From: Amoebophrya sp. A120
Taxonomy: Eukaryota > Protista > Dinoflagellata
NCBI GenBank assembly: GCA_905178155.1
Contig: CAJINV010000001.1
Span: 13,328,635 to 13,392,634, forward strand
Length of the DNA: 64,000 nucleotides
Reading direction: 5' to 3'
A model generated the notes under the pieces. It saw only the letters and a program-made list of their open reading frames with translations. It made no database searches and was not told the origin of the DNA. The position numbers and the translations under genes were made by a program. Below, one piece after another: positions 13,189-25,490 of this stretch (positions within the stretch are counted from its first letter, which is position 1; each line of letters opens with the position of its first letter).

Positions 13189-14211
13189 CTACACCGACGG
13201 CGACGCAGCTGCTTGCTCCGGAGTCTGGGCGACCGGAGGCGCCGCGACCGGAGGCGGCGCGACCGGAGGCTGGTCCTGGGGGGGCACGGCCGGTTGTTCT
13301 TCTAGTTGTTGGTGATTGTCCAACCCATGCAAACGCTGGTTAAACTGATCCGCCATTTGATTCACTCCGTGGACACCGGCACCCACACCACCTGCAGCAA
13401 GATCCAATGCTCCTTTGTAGCCTGCCAATGCTCCTCCGTAGCCTGCGCTCACAGTATTTCCCACGGCAGTAGTTGCATTGTCGAAAGTATTTCCAGCACT
13501 GTTTGCAGCCCCTGCAACGGCCGCTCCCGTACGGCTAGCCGCGTTTCCAATTTCACCAGCAGCACTTGCAGCTGTCTGGCGAGGGTGCATCAACCAGCTG
13601 CCGCCTGTACCCATCGCATTGCCGAATGCTGCTGTAGATGACCCCAAAACTCCAGTTGCTTGAGTCCGCAAATCTTGAATATCATGTGCAATTCGACCTT
13701 GGGCATCTCCCAAAGCGGCTCCAATGTCCGCTGTATCTCTGCGTATCCTGTCACTGGCTTGTCTTTGCAAAACCGCGGCACTCTGTTCAGCATTCTCTAA
13801 TCCGGTTTCAACTATTTCACCGACTGCTCTGAAGGTTGTAGGTCGTGTTGTGCGACGCGTTAGGTGACTACTCGGAGATGAAGATGACACGGAGGATGAT
13901 GACAAGGATTCAACAAAAGCGGTGTTCTGCAAGGATTTCAATGGTCTTGAGAGTTCAAGCTCGCTTCCTGCTGTGCACGATGAAATCTTGCTCGACGAAG
14001 CGGCGCAGCTTTCGGTGCTAGTGCTCCCAAACTCCTCGTTTTTATGAACCAACCAATCCGTGAAGTTTTTGTGCCCGTGCTGCAGGAAGCTCGAGAAGTC
14101 CTCAACAATCTGCTGTTTGTCGTACATGATGTCGAAGAACAGAACTCGTGTCAACTCGGTACCGCAAAAGTTCGAAGTACGGATGCCACAGGTGCCGCTA
14201 GCAGAGAGCAC
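13189..14211 (-). CDS. Hypothetical protein; possible PWI-like segment followed by an Ala/Gly-rich region and a Pro-rich tail (may have upstream exons to ~14900)
   Basis: 340-aa ORF. QQIVEDFSSFLQHGHKNFTDWL loosely resembles PWI helices. A GTAAGT donor near 14425 suggests an upstream exon. Confidence 0.5.
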   Translation of the reverse strand: MLSASGTCGIRTSNFCGTELTRVLFFDIMYDKQQIVEDFSSFLQHGHKNFTDWLVHKNEEFGSTSTESCAASSSKISSCTAGSELELSRPLKSLQNTAFVESLSSSSVSSSSPSSHLTRRTTRPTTFRAVGEIVETGLENAEQSAAVLQRQASDRIRRDTADIGAALGDAQGRIAHDIQDLRTQATGVLGSSTAAFGNAMGTGGSWLMHPRQTAASAAGEIGNAASRTGAAVAGAANSAGNTFDNATTAVGNTVSAGYGGALAGYKGALDLAAGGVGAGVHGVNQMADQFNQRLHGLDNHQQLEEQPAVPPQDQPPVAPPPVAAPPVAQTPEQAAASPSV

Positions 14212-15949
14212 GGGAACTTCTACTCCTGGTCGCTCTCGAAAGCAGGAATGTAGTTGAGTTCAGAAGCCCCTGAGTTACAAAATTTTTTTCGTACATTGTG
14301 ACGTATCTATGGACCTGTCCATGTCTCCGGTTCGAGCGGCAAATGCGAATGCCAGCATCTACTTCACATTTCACAATCACAAAAAAGTCTAATATATAAG
14401 TAATAAGTTACCTATATTATACTTACGACACGACGACGATCGAGTGTCGACGATCTACCAGCTGCCTGAGCACGATCTCTTCATTCATTGCAAGCAGAGA
14501 GTACCTGTCGAGGCGTTTCCAGCGAGCCTCTTCTGCAAAAAAGTCTGACAACTCGATCCGCCTCACAGCCAATGGCGTACTTAGGTGCACTGGATTTCGC
14601 AACCCAGGTCCCGGAACAACTGCCTGCAGACCTAAATAAAGTATCACGGTCGGGCACATATACAGTTTGTGTTGAGTTAGGCATGGGCGTCCATAAAATC
14701 AATGATATCCGGACGACGCGTACCGAATCCAGCATCTATTTCAATTTCTACTGAAAACAGAAACAGAATCAAAAGCCAATACCTATTGCGGCGAACGCTC
14801 GAGCCGAAGCGGCAATCTCAATGATGAAGAGCACCAGACAGTTGCAGCACTAAACCTAAAGCCGAAGCACGGTATCCTCGGTTGCGAAATCAATCGTCCG
14901 CGGAAAGTAGCAATTGTAGTCCACGGTCGCGAACGCAATAATGTAAATTTTCTCCGAATTAGTATTTCTTGGAAAGTGGTCAATACATAGGTATTGAAAG
15001 TAGGAGTCCAGTTTTTCTGATTCTAATTCACAAAAGGAAGACGCTCAGCTGAAACGACGCGAAAGCAGGACCCAACTAAATTTTGGTTGATCTTCATGCA
15101 CATGTCGAATCGTCGTGCCTAAACGAGTTTTCATTGAGAGAGATAGCTGTAAAACTTCGATTTTAACCAAGTTGTGACGAGGTTAAGCTTTTGCATCGAT
15201 TGAACGGTCGCCGAGCTTCTACTTTAACTTTGATGACTTCGCTCGATTTTTCACCCTTCCGGTCCGGCGACGAGCCTCATGATTACACTCGTCACCGCTC
15301 GTTGCAACCCCCATCGACCCCACACGACACTTTTCTAAACGGAATCGACCTCGATCACGGATGCATTGCGATTGCCCGACTCTTTTTCATGATACATTAT
15401 CTACAAATATCTCGCAACATAGTGATTCACGAGAGCAAGCAGATGTACTTCATCTTAGCTTTGTTCACGAGATACTTTAATTGCCGCTCCGACAGTCTAG
15501 CAATTCGAACACTATTTGTTGAGCTCCATGATGCGCGCACTTACTTACTTACCGTTGAAAGTGGCGTTGCCGCTCGACTGGGATGTCCATCCTACCGAGA
15601 AGCTAGTCGCTCAAAACATCTCGAGTTGCAAGACGAAAGCACTCTGCCTCAGGCAGCAACCGGGCCAAAGAGTGTCGTGCAACCGCTGAAGATTGATTCC
15701 TTTTTTATTGCGAATTAATGCTTGTAGGCACGCTCACGCAGGGACGATATCACAATTCACAATTATTACAGTGTACGTTGCCAAAATCCGCGGCGACGTG
15801 CCCGCCTCGAAATCTTGATTTTGACTATGCTGCAACACACCGACATATTGCGGCGCACCGCGACAACGCCGCGCAACCAGGGAGGTGCGAAGACACACAT
15901 TCTTGTGCGCGCCAGCCGTCGTCACCGGAGCGAACAAGTAGCTTGTGCC

Positions 15950-18900
15950 TTATGTGCTAGCCTGATGCACTACAACCTTCACTTCCTTATCGTACGGCTC
16001 CTCCCTCTGGTGCACGTCCAGCAAGCTCAAGTACTTTGTCAACACCTGAAAATTTACCCGCAAACCCTCCGGGTTGTCTATCACGGAGCTACTGCTCGTT
16101 TCTATGAAACCGATCACTTGCACGTCGTGCCCGAATTCCTGTAGCATCCGCACGTACCGGATACTCCCGCCAATCGCGTGGGGATGTGACGCACCATACA
16201 GCTCCCTCGTCGCCTGTATCAAACCGCGATGCGGAGCACTTCGCGGATTACAGACAAAACCCTCGTACACGTCCGCTTCTCTCCGGTCGAAGATCCAGTG
16301 GAAATCCAAGCGGCCGAGTTTATTTGCCAGAGGTGCCGTGTCGGCGGTGCCATAAAGGGAGTATTTGGAATACGGACCGCGGGCGGGAAGCCGGTCCACG
16401 TGCTCGTTGAGGAGAGCGACCGCGCTTTCGAGCTGTTTTTTTTGTACATGAAAGGCACTCTACTCGCAGTCGCATCTTCAAAATGCCATGCATAGATATA
16501 ATTGACTTTGAATGCATGCCGATTGTATCAAACATGTGCAGTACTGTACCTTTCTCCTCGCTTCCTCTGGCCTTACGAACGGAGACAACCGAACGTCCCC
16601 AACCGCCGTGCAGTGCCCTGGTATCGTGTCACCACCTCCGTCGCAGCTGATTTGTGTAGGCTTCATGGTGCTCGAAACTTCAAACCCGTGCCGCCTGTCC
16701 TGCACCTGCGTTCCCTGCGTCATTTCGCGGTAGAACGTCCCTTGCAACCGGTCGAGCGCCGCCGTCAGCAACTCGAGCGCGTTGATACCCTGCTGCGGCT
16801 GCCCAGAGCCCGCGAGCTGCCCGAAAACCCCAAGTTTCCAGAACAGCGCAGACGTGGAGCCGCAAACTGGATGGCCGCCGGACCCTTGGAGGTAGAGAAC
16901 AGAACGGAGGTCGGAAAGGAGGCCGTCTGGGGGGTTTGTTGATTTTGAATGTGATCTTCAGACAACTTCGTCATCTTTTCATTCTCCTCACGACGGAGTG
17001 CAATTACCTCTTTTCCTTTTGGTGCAAGAAAAACCAAGCTAAGAATCATACCTTCCAGCATCCTGTCCACGCCAACGTCTCTACTGGCACTGTCCGGACT
17101 AAAAACCACTACGACGTCGCTTTGCAGAGCGGGTTTTTCCGCTGCGAACACTTCTAAAAGGCCAACCAGCAGTGCAACATGGAGCAGCTCAGGCGGAATC
17201 GCGGAGTGCTTGTCGTCGCTATGGGAGGATGAAGAGCCTCCGCTACTTCGTTGTAGTTTATCCACCGCTTCCCGCAGACTCTCGCCGATAGGGAAAAGAG
17301 TGAGAAATCCGACCGGCGCAAGCTTCTTGCTGGTCGTTGTGGAGCTCGTGGAGTAGGTTATTCGCAAATTTGCGAGTGGGCTTATTGGCTGGTCAGAAGT
17401 AGACTGATGTGCTGGCACCGCTTTATCAGTGCTTCTACCGTTTCCGTAGTCGAGAACATCAACCGTCAACCGGCGGGAGTACAGCTTCTCGACGTAGGAC
17501 TTGATCACGGTAGGTAGTGCTGGCAGGGCAGCAGCTGCAAGCTGCGCTGCTGGTGGCGCTGCCGCGCCGGAAGAAGCAGCCGCACTGCCCGAGCTCGTTG
17601 TCGCGGCGTCAGTGGGCTGCTCTACTGCACTTGCACTAGCGGCAGGACTATCCGAAGCATCTGCTATTCTGGATGCTAGATTAGTTTCTATCGCTTCCAA
17701 GAAATTTTGTGCGGATTTGAGAATCGAAAACCTTCTTGCTCGCACGCTATCCATCGGTGACGGGTGTAGAGAAGCGTAATCTGGAACGAGTGAAAGGCTC
17801 CCGTCGAGTAGAGGCTTGACTGGCTTCAATGGTTTCGAAGCGACCGGCTCTTGCTCCTCCTAATGTGAATGTTGAGTATCTATGTACTTAAATGCTTTTT
17901 TTTCCCTTTGCTTTACATGCCTCATCTTCGTGTCGTGTACCAACCAAACAAAAAATCATGTGCGCAGCATCAGCATGCTCGCTTACCTCCTGGTCCCACA
18001 GTTGAAATCGCTGCTCCCCTGCGTTTGTCAACTGTAAAAATGTCTGTGTCTGGAATCAATGTCATGCTGATTTTGAATTGTAAAAAAAATCTGTATTGCT
18101 TGAGCAGCAAAGAGAGTCCAAGTTTTGCTACACGGAAAGAGCATTTGTCATGCAGTATAGGCATCAGGAAGCCCTCACAAAATCTGTGATGCTAGGGCAT
18201 GCATCACAGACATCAGGAGTCATGCAAAATGTGCATGACAAACCTAGGGCCATCAGGAGTCATGCAAAATGTGCATGACAAACCTTCGTCGATCGATTGT
18301 GCCACTAGGGCCTTGTGTTCTGGCTACTCCGGATCGCAATCGATGGAGGGCGGGACCTGCACCGGCGACAGGCGCTACCCAACCAACCAACCAACCAAGC
18401 CTGGCAATCTTCCAGACCCAGACATTTTTACATTTGATAGCGTTTGTCTGGTGGTATAACGACGGACGGTTCCCTCCAAACGCAGACCCGGAAGACTTGA
18501 AAATATGCGGCAGCCCGATCGTCGACCCATCGGATCGGTAGGAGGATTTCTTCCGCGGCTGCTTCGTTGGGGAGTGTTCCTCCTGCCAGTACTCCACAAG
18601 CAAGACCAGCAGCGCAAACGCGATCGCTATGACCAAAAACGATACGAGCAGGCATCGCCAGGAGCAAAAACAATAGTTGCCGTCCGCCCGTCTGTCACCC
18701 CGGCGCGAGAACCCCGACCGCGGCCCGGATCTGCTTTCCGTCCCAGGCCGCCCGCCGGGGTCGTCGACCGTGACGGAGCGGTTCTGCTTGTTTCCGTCTA
18801 TCCCAGTTAGTTGCGTGTCCAAGCCGATCAGCTCCTGCGTGAAAACCGGTTCTTGCCGCTGTAGTTGTTGACCCCCACTGATTACACTGTCCTCAGGGGG

Positions 18901-19098
18901 CGCGCTTCTGGCGGACTGCGGCGCACTAGTCCGTTTGGAAGACGAAGAGGACGGCCACATGGGCGGCTGCGGGTCTGGGTTCTTGTATTGCGGGTAATTT
19001 GGACCTGGAGGTAGTGCCCCTGCAGCGACCCCTTTCTGTTTGGCCACTCGCCCCTTCGATTTGATTCGCTCAGTTTTATCGGATCCAAAAAAACCCAT
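15950..19098 (-). CDS. Type II membrane protein with a degenerate M20/acetylornithine-deacetylase-like domain; contains introner E4
   Basis: TM segment CLLVSFLVIAIAFALLVLLV. After E4 removal the frame reads HQTNA|GEQRFQLWDQE, then an intron, then EEQEPVASKPLKP. Later motifs INALEL, GFEVSSTMKPTQ, IPGHCTAVGDVRLSPF and IGGSIRYVRMLQEFGHDVQVIGF match plant-type acetylornithine deacetylase as recalled. Confidence 0.75.
18026..18439. mobile_element. Introner E4 (family A): 414-bp TIR element
   Basis: TIR TGTCAACTGTAAAAATGTCTGTGTCTGGAA / TTCCAGACCCAGACATTTTTACATTTGATA. TSD GCGTT at 18021-18025 and 18440-18444. Excision restores the frame. Confidence 0.9.
18211..18285. repeat. Perfect 35-bp tandem duplication (period 40) inside E4
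   Basis: CATCAGGAGTCATGCAAAATGTGCATGACAAACCT at 18211-18245 and 18251-18285. Confidence 0.95.
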
Positions 19099-19580
19099 GA
19101 TCGCATTGATTGCCTACGTGGCGTCGTGCTCGTCTTTCTTTGTGTGCTTGTCTTCTCGAGCTATCGCACTAAACCAAGATCATATTCAAAAACAATCGGT
19201 AAGGCCGCGATACCAAGACAGATCTACTTGTACTTCTATGTACGAGACAAAAAAAAATTACGAAGCGTGCTTATGAAATAAAGCGAAAGAAACAGAAAGC
19301 AAGATAGTGCCGCACGACAGCAACACGGTCACGGCACTACAGATTGCATGAGGCACGAGACAAAGAGTCGCATCGAACAGATCCCGCATCTCCACTATCC
19401 CGAAAACCGTGCGTGGCGCCGACAACTGAACTGTGTCATGATGTGCAGCACCGAATCGGTGCGATGAGTATTTGTGTGAAACAGGGAACCACGTGACACG
19501 TGTAGTCCCGTGGTTTTTGTGTGCATTCGGTTGTAAAAGGATGAAACTGCGAGGTCGTGAAGCATTTCTGCCATGTTCAT

Positions 19581-20204
19581 TCAAACTTGTGTTGCGAGGA
19601 CGGTAGCGTCGGGCGCGGGTGGATACAACAGGTCCAGCACCTTGCCCTCGTACTGCTCTTGTTTCTCCGTATCTCGAACCACGACAACGTCGGCTTCTAT
19701 CCCTTCTTTTCGCAACTCGCTTTTTAGTGTCGAAGGAAACGCTGCTGCCATGGCTGTGGAGAGAATCGGTGATGTGTGAGTTTACGAACATCAACATGTC
19801 TAGAGCATTATAGAATTCGAGCAGAATTCAAATTCTCGTTGCTCCGAAACTCACTGTATGTAGTAGCTGCAACAGATCAAAGTGAAAGTACCTTTTTCGA
19901 CGATGATAACAGCTGCGGACTGGGTTTCGCAGCAGGCATTAAAGATGTTGAAGACGCTGACCGGCGCTTTTTTGATGCTTATTTCCAGCACGCAGTACAA
20001 CGAATGTGATTCCCGTACTCGTATCTCCACGTCGAAGCCTCGTTCTCGCATGTCCTGTTCCGCCTTTCGCCTTATCACCTCTGCGATGGTGGCGGTAAGG
20101 GTATCGTGGTCTACCATCGTCTTTGCGAACAGGGAAAACCGCCCCGCCTGCTTTTCGAGCGCCGCATCAGGATTCAGAATCAAGATGTTGATGTAAAGCA
20201 CCAT
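19581..20204 (-). CDS. Small hypothetical protein (probably spliced)
   Basis: ORF MVLYINILILNPDAALEKQ...RERGFDVEIRV and a plausible last exon LKSELRKEGIEADVVVV...ATQV*. Junction not resolved. Confidence 0.4.
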
Positions 20205-20985
20205 GGTCTTTATCGCAACTGAACTCAAAAGAACCAGTGGGCGGGTAAACTAGTGTATAGAATCCTCCGTCGCCGCGGTAAACGACTGTAATATTCTGAC
20301 CTTAAGTTGCTGTATAAGCAGCAGAAAACATAGTTCTCGTCCTGCGCAACATACTGACTATCACTATGCACGCGGAGTGCTACGTTTGGTATCCTTCGCT
20401 CCGTGGACATGGATCTGGATGCTGTATTGGAAAGTAAAACAAGAACTCTGTATATCATTCGTTGTCTTTGTTTCCTTGGTTTTGAAGATAAGCAGCGTTA
20501 CCACCACTCGTCGTGAAGTGCGCTCTATACCTGTATCTCTCCTCTAAAGAAGAAGCCGTTTATTTCTCTCGTAATGTGTCGCTCCTGTTTCCTGGTTGAT
20601 ACAGTAGGCCGTATTGCGACAAGACAACACAAATAACACTTGGTCAGTTGCAGATACATAGGCATTTCCAGATGAATGCGACCTCAGTTGTGTGTAAGGA
20701 TAAACCTCCAGGACAAAAAGTTCGTCTACCTATGCCCAAAATATTCCGTTCCACGCTTTTGTTTACACTGCATTTTTACATAGTGGAGTTCGGCATCATC
20801 TTCCGTACGAAACTCAAACCAGAACCGTCTTCTAATTACTACCGTCATTTTACCAGAAACAAAGACTATCGCATTGTGCATTTTGTACGAAACATAAGAC
20901 GAGAATCGAATGAAAGTGAAGAGAAAAATGACTTGCGTCTAAATCGTCTTTCTCTTTCGTTCAAAATTTTGTATGACATTGACCG

Positions 20986-23100
20986 CTAGTCCACACGACC
21001 CTCAGCGTCAACGGGCACCTTTTTGCTGGTCGGGTTGTTTGCCGTCGCCCTTGAAGCAGGACCCGCGGCGGCAGACGGGGCGTCGCCCTCCGCCGGGGCA
21101 GATGAGGAGGAAACTGCGTTATTTCTCGTATTTGCATTGAACTGCTCCGCAGCGCTGTCGTCGTCAAAAAGTTCCTCGATATCGGTTTTTGCCGTTGCGG
21201 AAGATGCCCTGGTTTTGCTCTTCGCAGATGTGCCAGCCACTGGTCCTGTCTCGGTATCATTCACCCTGGGACTACTTCGCGTGCTTTTCGCTACGGGTGG
21301 GTTCTCGCTTGCGTTTGGGATGTCCCGGTAGAGATTGTCGAGATCCGGATCGCGTGGCGCGATGGCTCGCAGGTCGTCAACGACGTCAATCATGCCCTTG
21401 CGATCCTCCCGCACTTGGTGCAAGCGAAACAGGGTTTGCAGGCTGGGAAAGTGCCGCCTCTCAATCTTCAGGATTTGCTTCAAATCCTCCTCGCATGCCG
21501 GGTAGTTTCCGTCCATGAAAAATAGCAGCGCCCGGGTATGCAGCGTCTCCACATGAAGCGGGTCGACCTGTAGTGTGTTAGTGTTTTCATTTTTTCATCT
21601 TGTATCGATTGCAATGGGAATGGCTATTCACCACAATCACAATGAAAGAACAAAAAGAAAAACGCTCAAGATCAAACCGCAAAATCAGTAAGCAACAAAT
21701 TTTACGCTGAGAATATCGTCCAACTCGAGCAGGCACTGGCGTTTTGTGGCGTCATCTATCTTCGCGGAAGATTCCAAGTCCTCTACCGCCTTTCCCCGAC
21801 GCGGCGTGGTGGTCAAAAAATCGAGATCCCCTACCAGGTTGCAGACGGAAAACAGGCGATCACGGATTTCTCTGTCCGGATGGTTTAGCCACAGCTCCTT
21901 GATGCGCTCCTTCGCTTGACGCATGCGGGCCCGGTTTTTCGGCGCTCTCTTGTGCGACAGCACCTCGAACTCCCGATCGATCTGTCGCTTCTGCAGCCGC
22001 TTCTGCCGGGCGACGAACCGCGAGCTGCGACGAAACTCAGCAATTAGCTCCAGAAGTTCAAAACCAAGGTCGAGCACTGCTTCCCGTTTGAAGGAGACGG
22101 GACCTGAGTGCTCTCCCGCTTCTGCGGGATCTACTTCTACCTGTACATGGGAAAGTTCCGAAACCTCTGTCCGACATTAAACATGGGTGGCATTTGTTCG
22201 TGCAGTTTGATAAACTACAGCAGAGGGTGATTTTTCGCATCGGGGCAGAAAAGATTATACCTGAAGCTTCTTGGCCAAGAGTTGCCGGATTAGTGCTCGC
22301 AGGTTACAGAATTGCGGATCCTCCGCATTAATAGACTCAGCTTCGTCTGCGCCCGTGCATCTTATGTAGGTCCGGTCTTGCAGCATCAGGGTGTCGTAGG
22401 ATAGCATCACTGGCTTCGTGTTGAGATAATCGCCGTTGTCTTCGACAAGATGGTACCTGTGTGTCGTGTGAGCAATGAGTGATTACATCGTTTCGCGGTC
22501 AGTATTTTTCAACTGCAGTCCGCACATTCACGCAAGAAGCGAGAAACAAACGAATCGAAAGAATCCTTACTTCCCTCCTTGCCGCTCCGGCGTGAGAATG
22601 GTCAACTCGTAGCCGTGTTGCACGTCCGAAAATGGATTGCGACAGGCCAACGCCTGTGCGATCCAGCGCTTGTTGCTCTCTGTGATTTTGAAGTCCGTAT
22701 TTACCCCGTAGCGACTAGCTATGGTGCGAAGCAGCCCACCAAGTTCGAAATTTGAAGAAGCGGGAAGTTCGTCCTCGTCCTTAATACGATAAAGCGACCG
22801 CACGAGCAGCCTGTGCATTGAAACTGCCACCGCGCGGGCCGCAACGCTGTCTGCGTCAAGTTGCTTTTCGCTTTGTTTTGGCGCTGAGCTGGAAGAGGAG
22901 GACGATGACGCGGAAGTAGCAAAACTCCGCAAATGCTGCTGCTGCGCGGAGGTAGAAGGACGGAAATGAACGGGAAGCGGACTGCAGTCCCCTTGTCGGT
23001 ACGCGCCACCCGCACTGGGAGTGACTAGGCGGCATCTCCACACAGCTCCGCTACGAGAAGCGGCGGTAGCTCCACATCTAGCGACGGCAGAAACGACCAT
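20986..23100 (-). CDS. TPR-containing protein with a possible mitochondrial presequence (multi-exon)
   Basis: Arg/Ser/Ala-rich N-terminus ending LRSFATSA. TPR-like VDPLHVETLHTRALLFFMDGNYPACEEDLKQILKIERRHFPSL. GT-AG introns. Confidence 0.6.
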
Positions 23101-23507
23101 GGTGCCAAATACGCTGCAACTGGGCCGATGGTGTGTTTGCCAGTGAGATACCGACAAAAAAATTAAGACAGATACGGCTGCCGAGGAAACAGCAGCCAAA
23201 CAACTGGAGGAAAGGTGGTTTTTCGAAATTTCGATTAACGAATATCAAGACTTCGACGAAGCATGGGGGTGAGGTCTGTCAGTCTGCATGAAACCTCTCC
23301 ATATCTCCTACGAAATTGGTCGCGGGCACTCACTCTCGATTCATTTGGAAACATCTCATTCCTGCGAGGACCGGAAACGCGAAACAAGGAAAACATCAAC
23401 ACAGTCACACACACGCTGCAGCACGCCTGAATCAGGCCTTGCCTCCATGCGGCTCGTAGACGCGTGACACGCAATTTTTATGCCACAGAGCCTGTTTGCA
23501 ATCAAAT

Positions 23508-25490
23508 TCATGCGCGTTGTCTACCGACTCCACCAGCAGCCGCCACAGATCCGTACACTTTCTGGATGATGATGCTGTCGAATGGTAGGTCGTATGTGCT
23601 TTGCCCGAAAATACACCTCTCCGGCATGCACACCTCAACGACGCCGTAGTACAGGCCTCGTGTTTTCAACCTCAACATCTCGAGACACCGCTCCCAACCC
23701 GGGCAGGTCGCGGAGGCGTATGTCGTCGGGGAAGCCACATGCCAGCCAATGACCACCTTCTCCCGCGCAACCCGGACCATCTGGTGCAGAATGTCGCACT
23801 GCGCTGTCGGTTCAAAGTGATACAATGCGCCGTAGCTCAGCACGTGAGTAAAGCTGTTCGATGGTAGGTGGCTCAGATCCGCGCCGTTGTCTTGGCAGAA
23901 CCGAACGGTCGCAGCAGTCTCGGCTGGCGGGTTCGTTGCCGTCGAAAGCAAAGGTTGCTTGAAGAACTGCTGTTCGGCCCAAACCGTGCGGTCCGAAGGA
24001 TCATTAACCCCTTCCGCAGACACTGCAGTTGCTGCTTTTCCTTTCACCCATCGTCCCTCGTAGTGCTTCTGCGCACTAGTCGCCGCCCCGAGCACGGGCT
24101 CGATCCCCAGACCGGAAACGCCGTAGCTTCCAGCCAAGTATGCCAACTGGTGACCGCACCCGCTGCCCCAATCCAGCACACTCGTCGTTTCGTCCATGTG
24201 CAGAAATTCCGCAAGCGAGTCCAGAACGCAGCGCACCACTGGTCGGGTGTCGTGGCTCCACAGTCCCAAAGGCGTGTCGCAGCCCATCGTGGAGTTCAAC
24301 TTTAGTTGAATACTGCTTCCGTTGAACCGATGTTCGTACGTGTCGTGCGGTAGATAAATCGTGTAGTTGCCGGAACTCGCGGAGCGGTCGTGTAGGACGA
24401 AAAACGACCTGAACCGACCGGCTTGCATGTCGTAATCGTAGTTGACGTTTTTGGTTTTGTCACTGGCTCCGAGGCTGTCAAGTTGAATCGCCGCAGAAGT
24501 TGAACGACCAGCAAGAATTTGCCCGTTCTCATCATCTTCGTTCCCGTCCGTTCTTGCAACGACGCGGTATATCGGCAGTTCGCGCGGGAGCCCCGTGGCC
24601 ATCGACACTTCTATCGTTTTCGTCACTTTGGAGCGTATCGGATTAATCACCGCGTAAATATCCGCCTCGACAGAAACGTCAATGTGGTCTTCTGGGCGGT
24701 GATTCCAAGGTCTACAGCGGTAGTTGTCCAAATCCATGTTTACGACCGGATGCTTTTGCTGCGCAATCGAGCTGCGTAGAGGCAGATACGTCTTGCTCTG
24801 CGGAGGGAAGTAGTTGGGTGGAGATATGCGCGGACGGTGGCGCTGACTTGCCTTGGTTTGAGACACCGATGGGTGAGTCAGAGTGGTAGCGCGCTCGTGC
24901 GACGCCGCGCAAGCCGACTTAAGCGCCGCCGTCTCCCTCTGGACCAAGTCTTTTCCATATTCCGGCTGCAGAGTCTCCAGTGTCCTTCCCGCATCAAGCA
25001 TGTCTGAAGACATCGTCTGTTCCAGGCCTCTTCTTGGAAGGACATACTCCATGCGGAAGGGCCAGGTGAACTGCTTTTCGTACAGGGCCGGGTCTTGACA
25101 GAGGTTTTCCATACCCGCGCCATCCCGTAGGTAGCTTCGCTTTACAAAGCGGTCGAACGCGAAAACGCGCATTGAGGACGTGGCGTTCTCATAGTAGACT
25201 GGCACTTTGTTATGCGACCTACTGCACTCCCGCCGAAACCAATCCTGCCACACCAGGGGGGTGCGATCGAAAAACTGCCACGGTCGGCGGCACGACGTCG
25301 GTGTTTCCACCCCGTGCCAGTGCGATACCTCCTCCGCATCGTATTCCTTGAGTCTTTCCAGCACGCGCGCAATCTTCTCAGCGTCATCTTCATCTGCACA
25401 GACCGGTAAGAGCAGTCTGCTCACGAAAACGAGCAGTGCAGACAAAAGGGCAAAGCCTGAAGAGTGACGGTGGCATGGTGAGGCCAACAT
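23508..25490 (-). CDS. Class I SAM-dependent methyltransferase with an N-terminal signal/anchor
   Basis: Motif I VLDWGSGCG, then GLGIEP and FTHVLSYGALYH. Hydrophobic FALLSALLVFVSRLLLPVCA near the chosen start. The ORF is open to 25802. Confidence 0.75.
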   Translation of the reverse strand: MLASPCHRHSSGFALLSALLVFVSRLLLPVCADEDDAEKIARVLERLKEYDAEEVSHWHGVETPTSCRRPWQFFDRTPLVWQDWFRRECSRSHNKVPVYYENATSSMRVFAFDRFVKRSYLRDGAGMENLCQDPALYEKQFTWPFRMEYVLPRRGLEQTMSSDMLDAGRTLETLQPEYGKDLVQRETAALKSACAASHERATTLTHPSVSQTKASQRHRPRISPPNYFPPQSKTYLPLRSSIAQQKHPVVNMDLDNYRCRPWNHRPEDHIDVSVEADIYAVINPIRSKVTKTIEVSMATGLPRELPIYRVVARTDGNEDDENGQILAGRSTSAAIQLDSLGASDKTKNVNYDYDMQAGRFRSFFVLHDRSASSGNYTIYLPHDTYEHRFNGSSIQLKLNSTMGCDTPLGLWSHDTRPVVRCVLDSLAEFLHMDETTSVLDWGSGCGHQLAYLAGSYGVSGLGIEPVLGAATSAQKHYEGRWVKGKAATAVSAEGVNDPSDRTVWAEQQFFKQPLLSTATNPPAETAATVRFCQDNGADLSHLPSNSFTHVLSYGALYHFEPTAQCDILHQMVRVAREKVVIGWHVASPTTYASATCPGWERCLEMLRLKTRGLYYGVVEVCMPERCIFGQSTYDLPFDSIIIQKVYGSVAAAGGVGRQRA

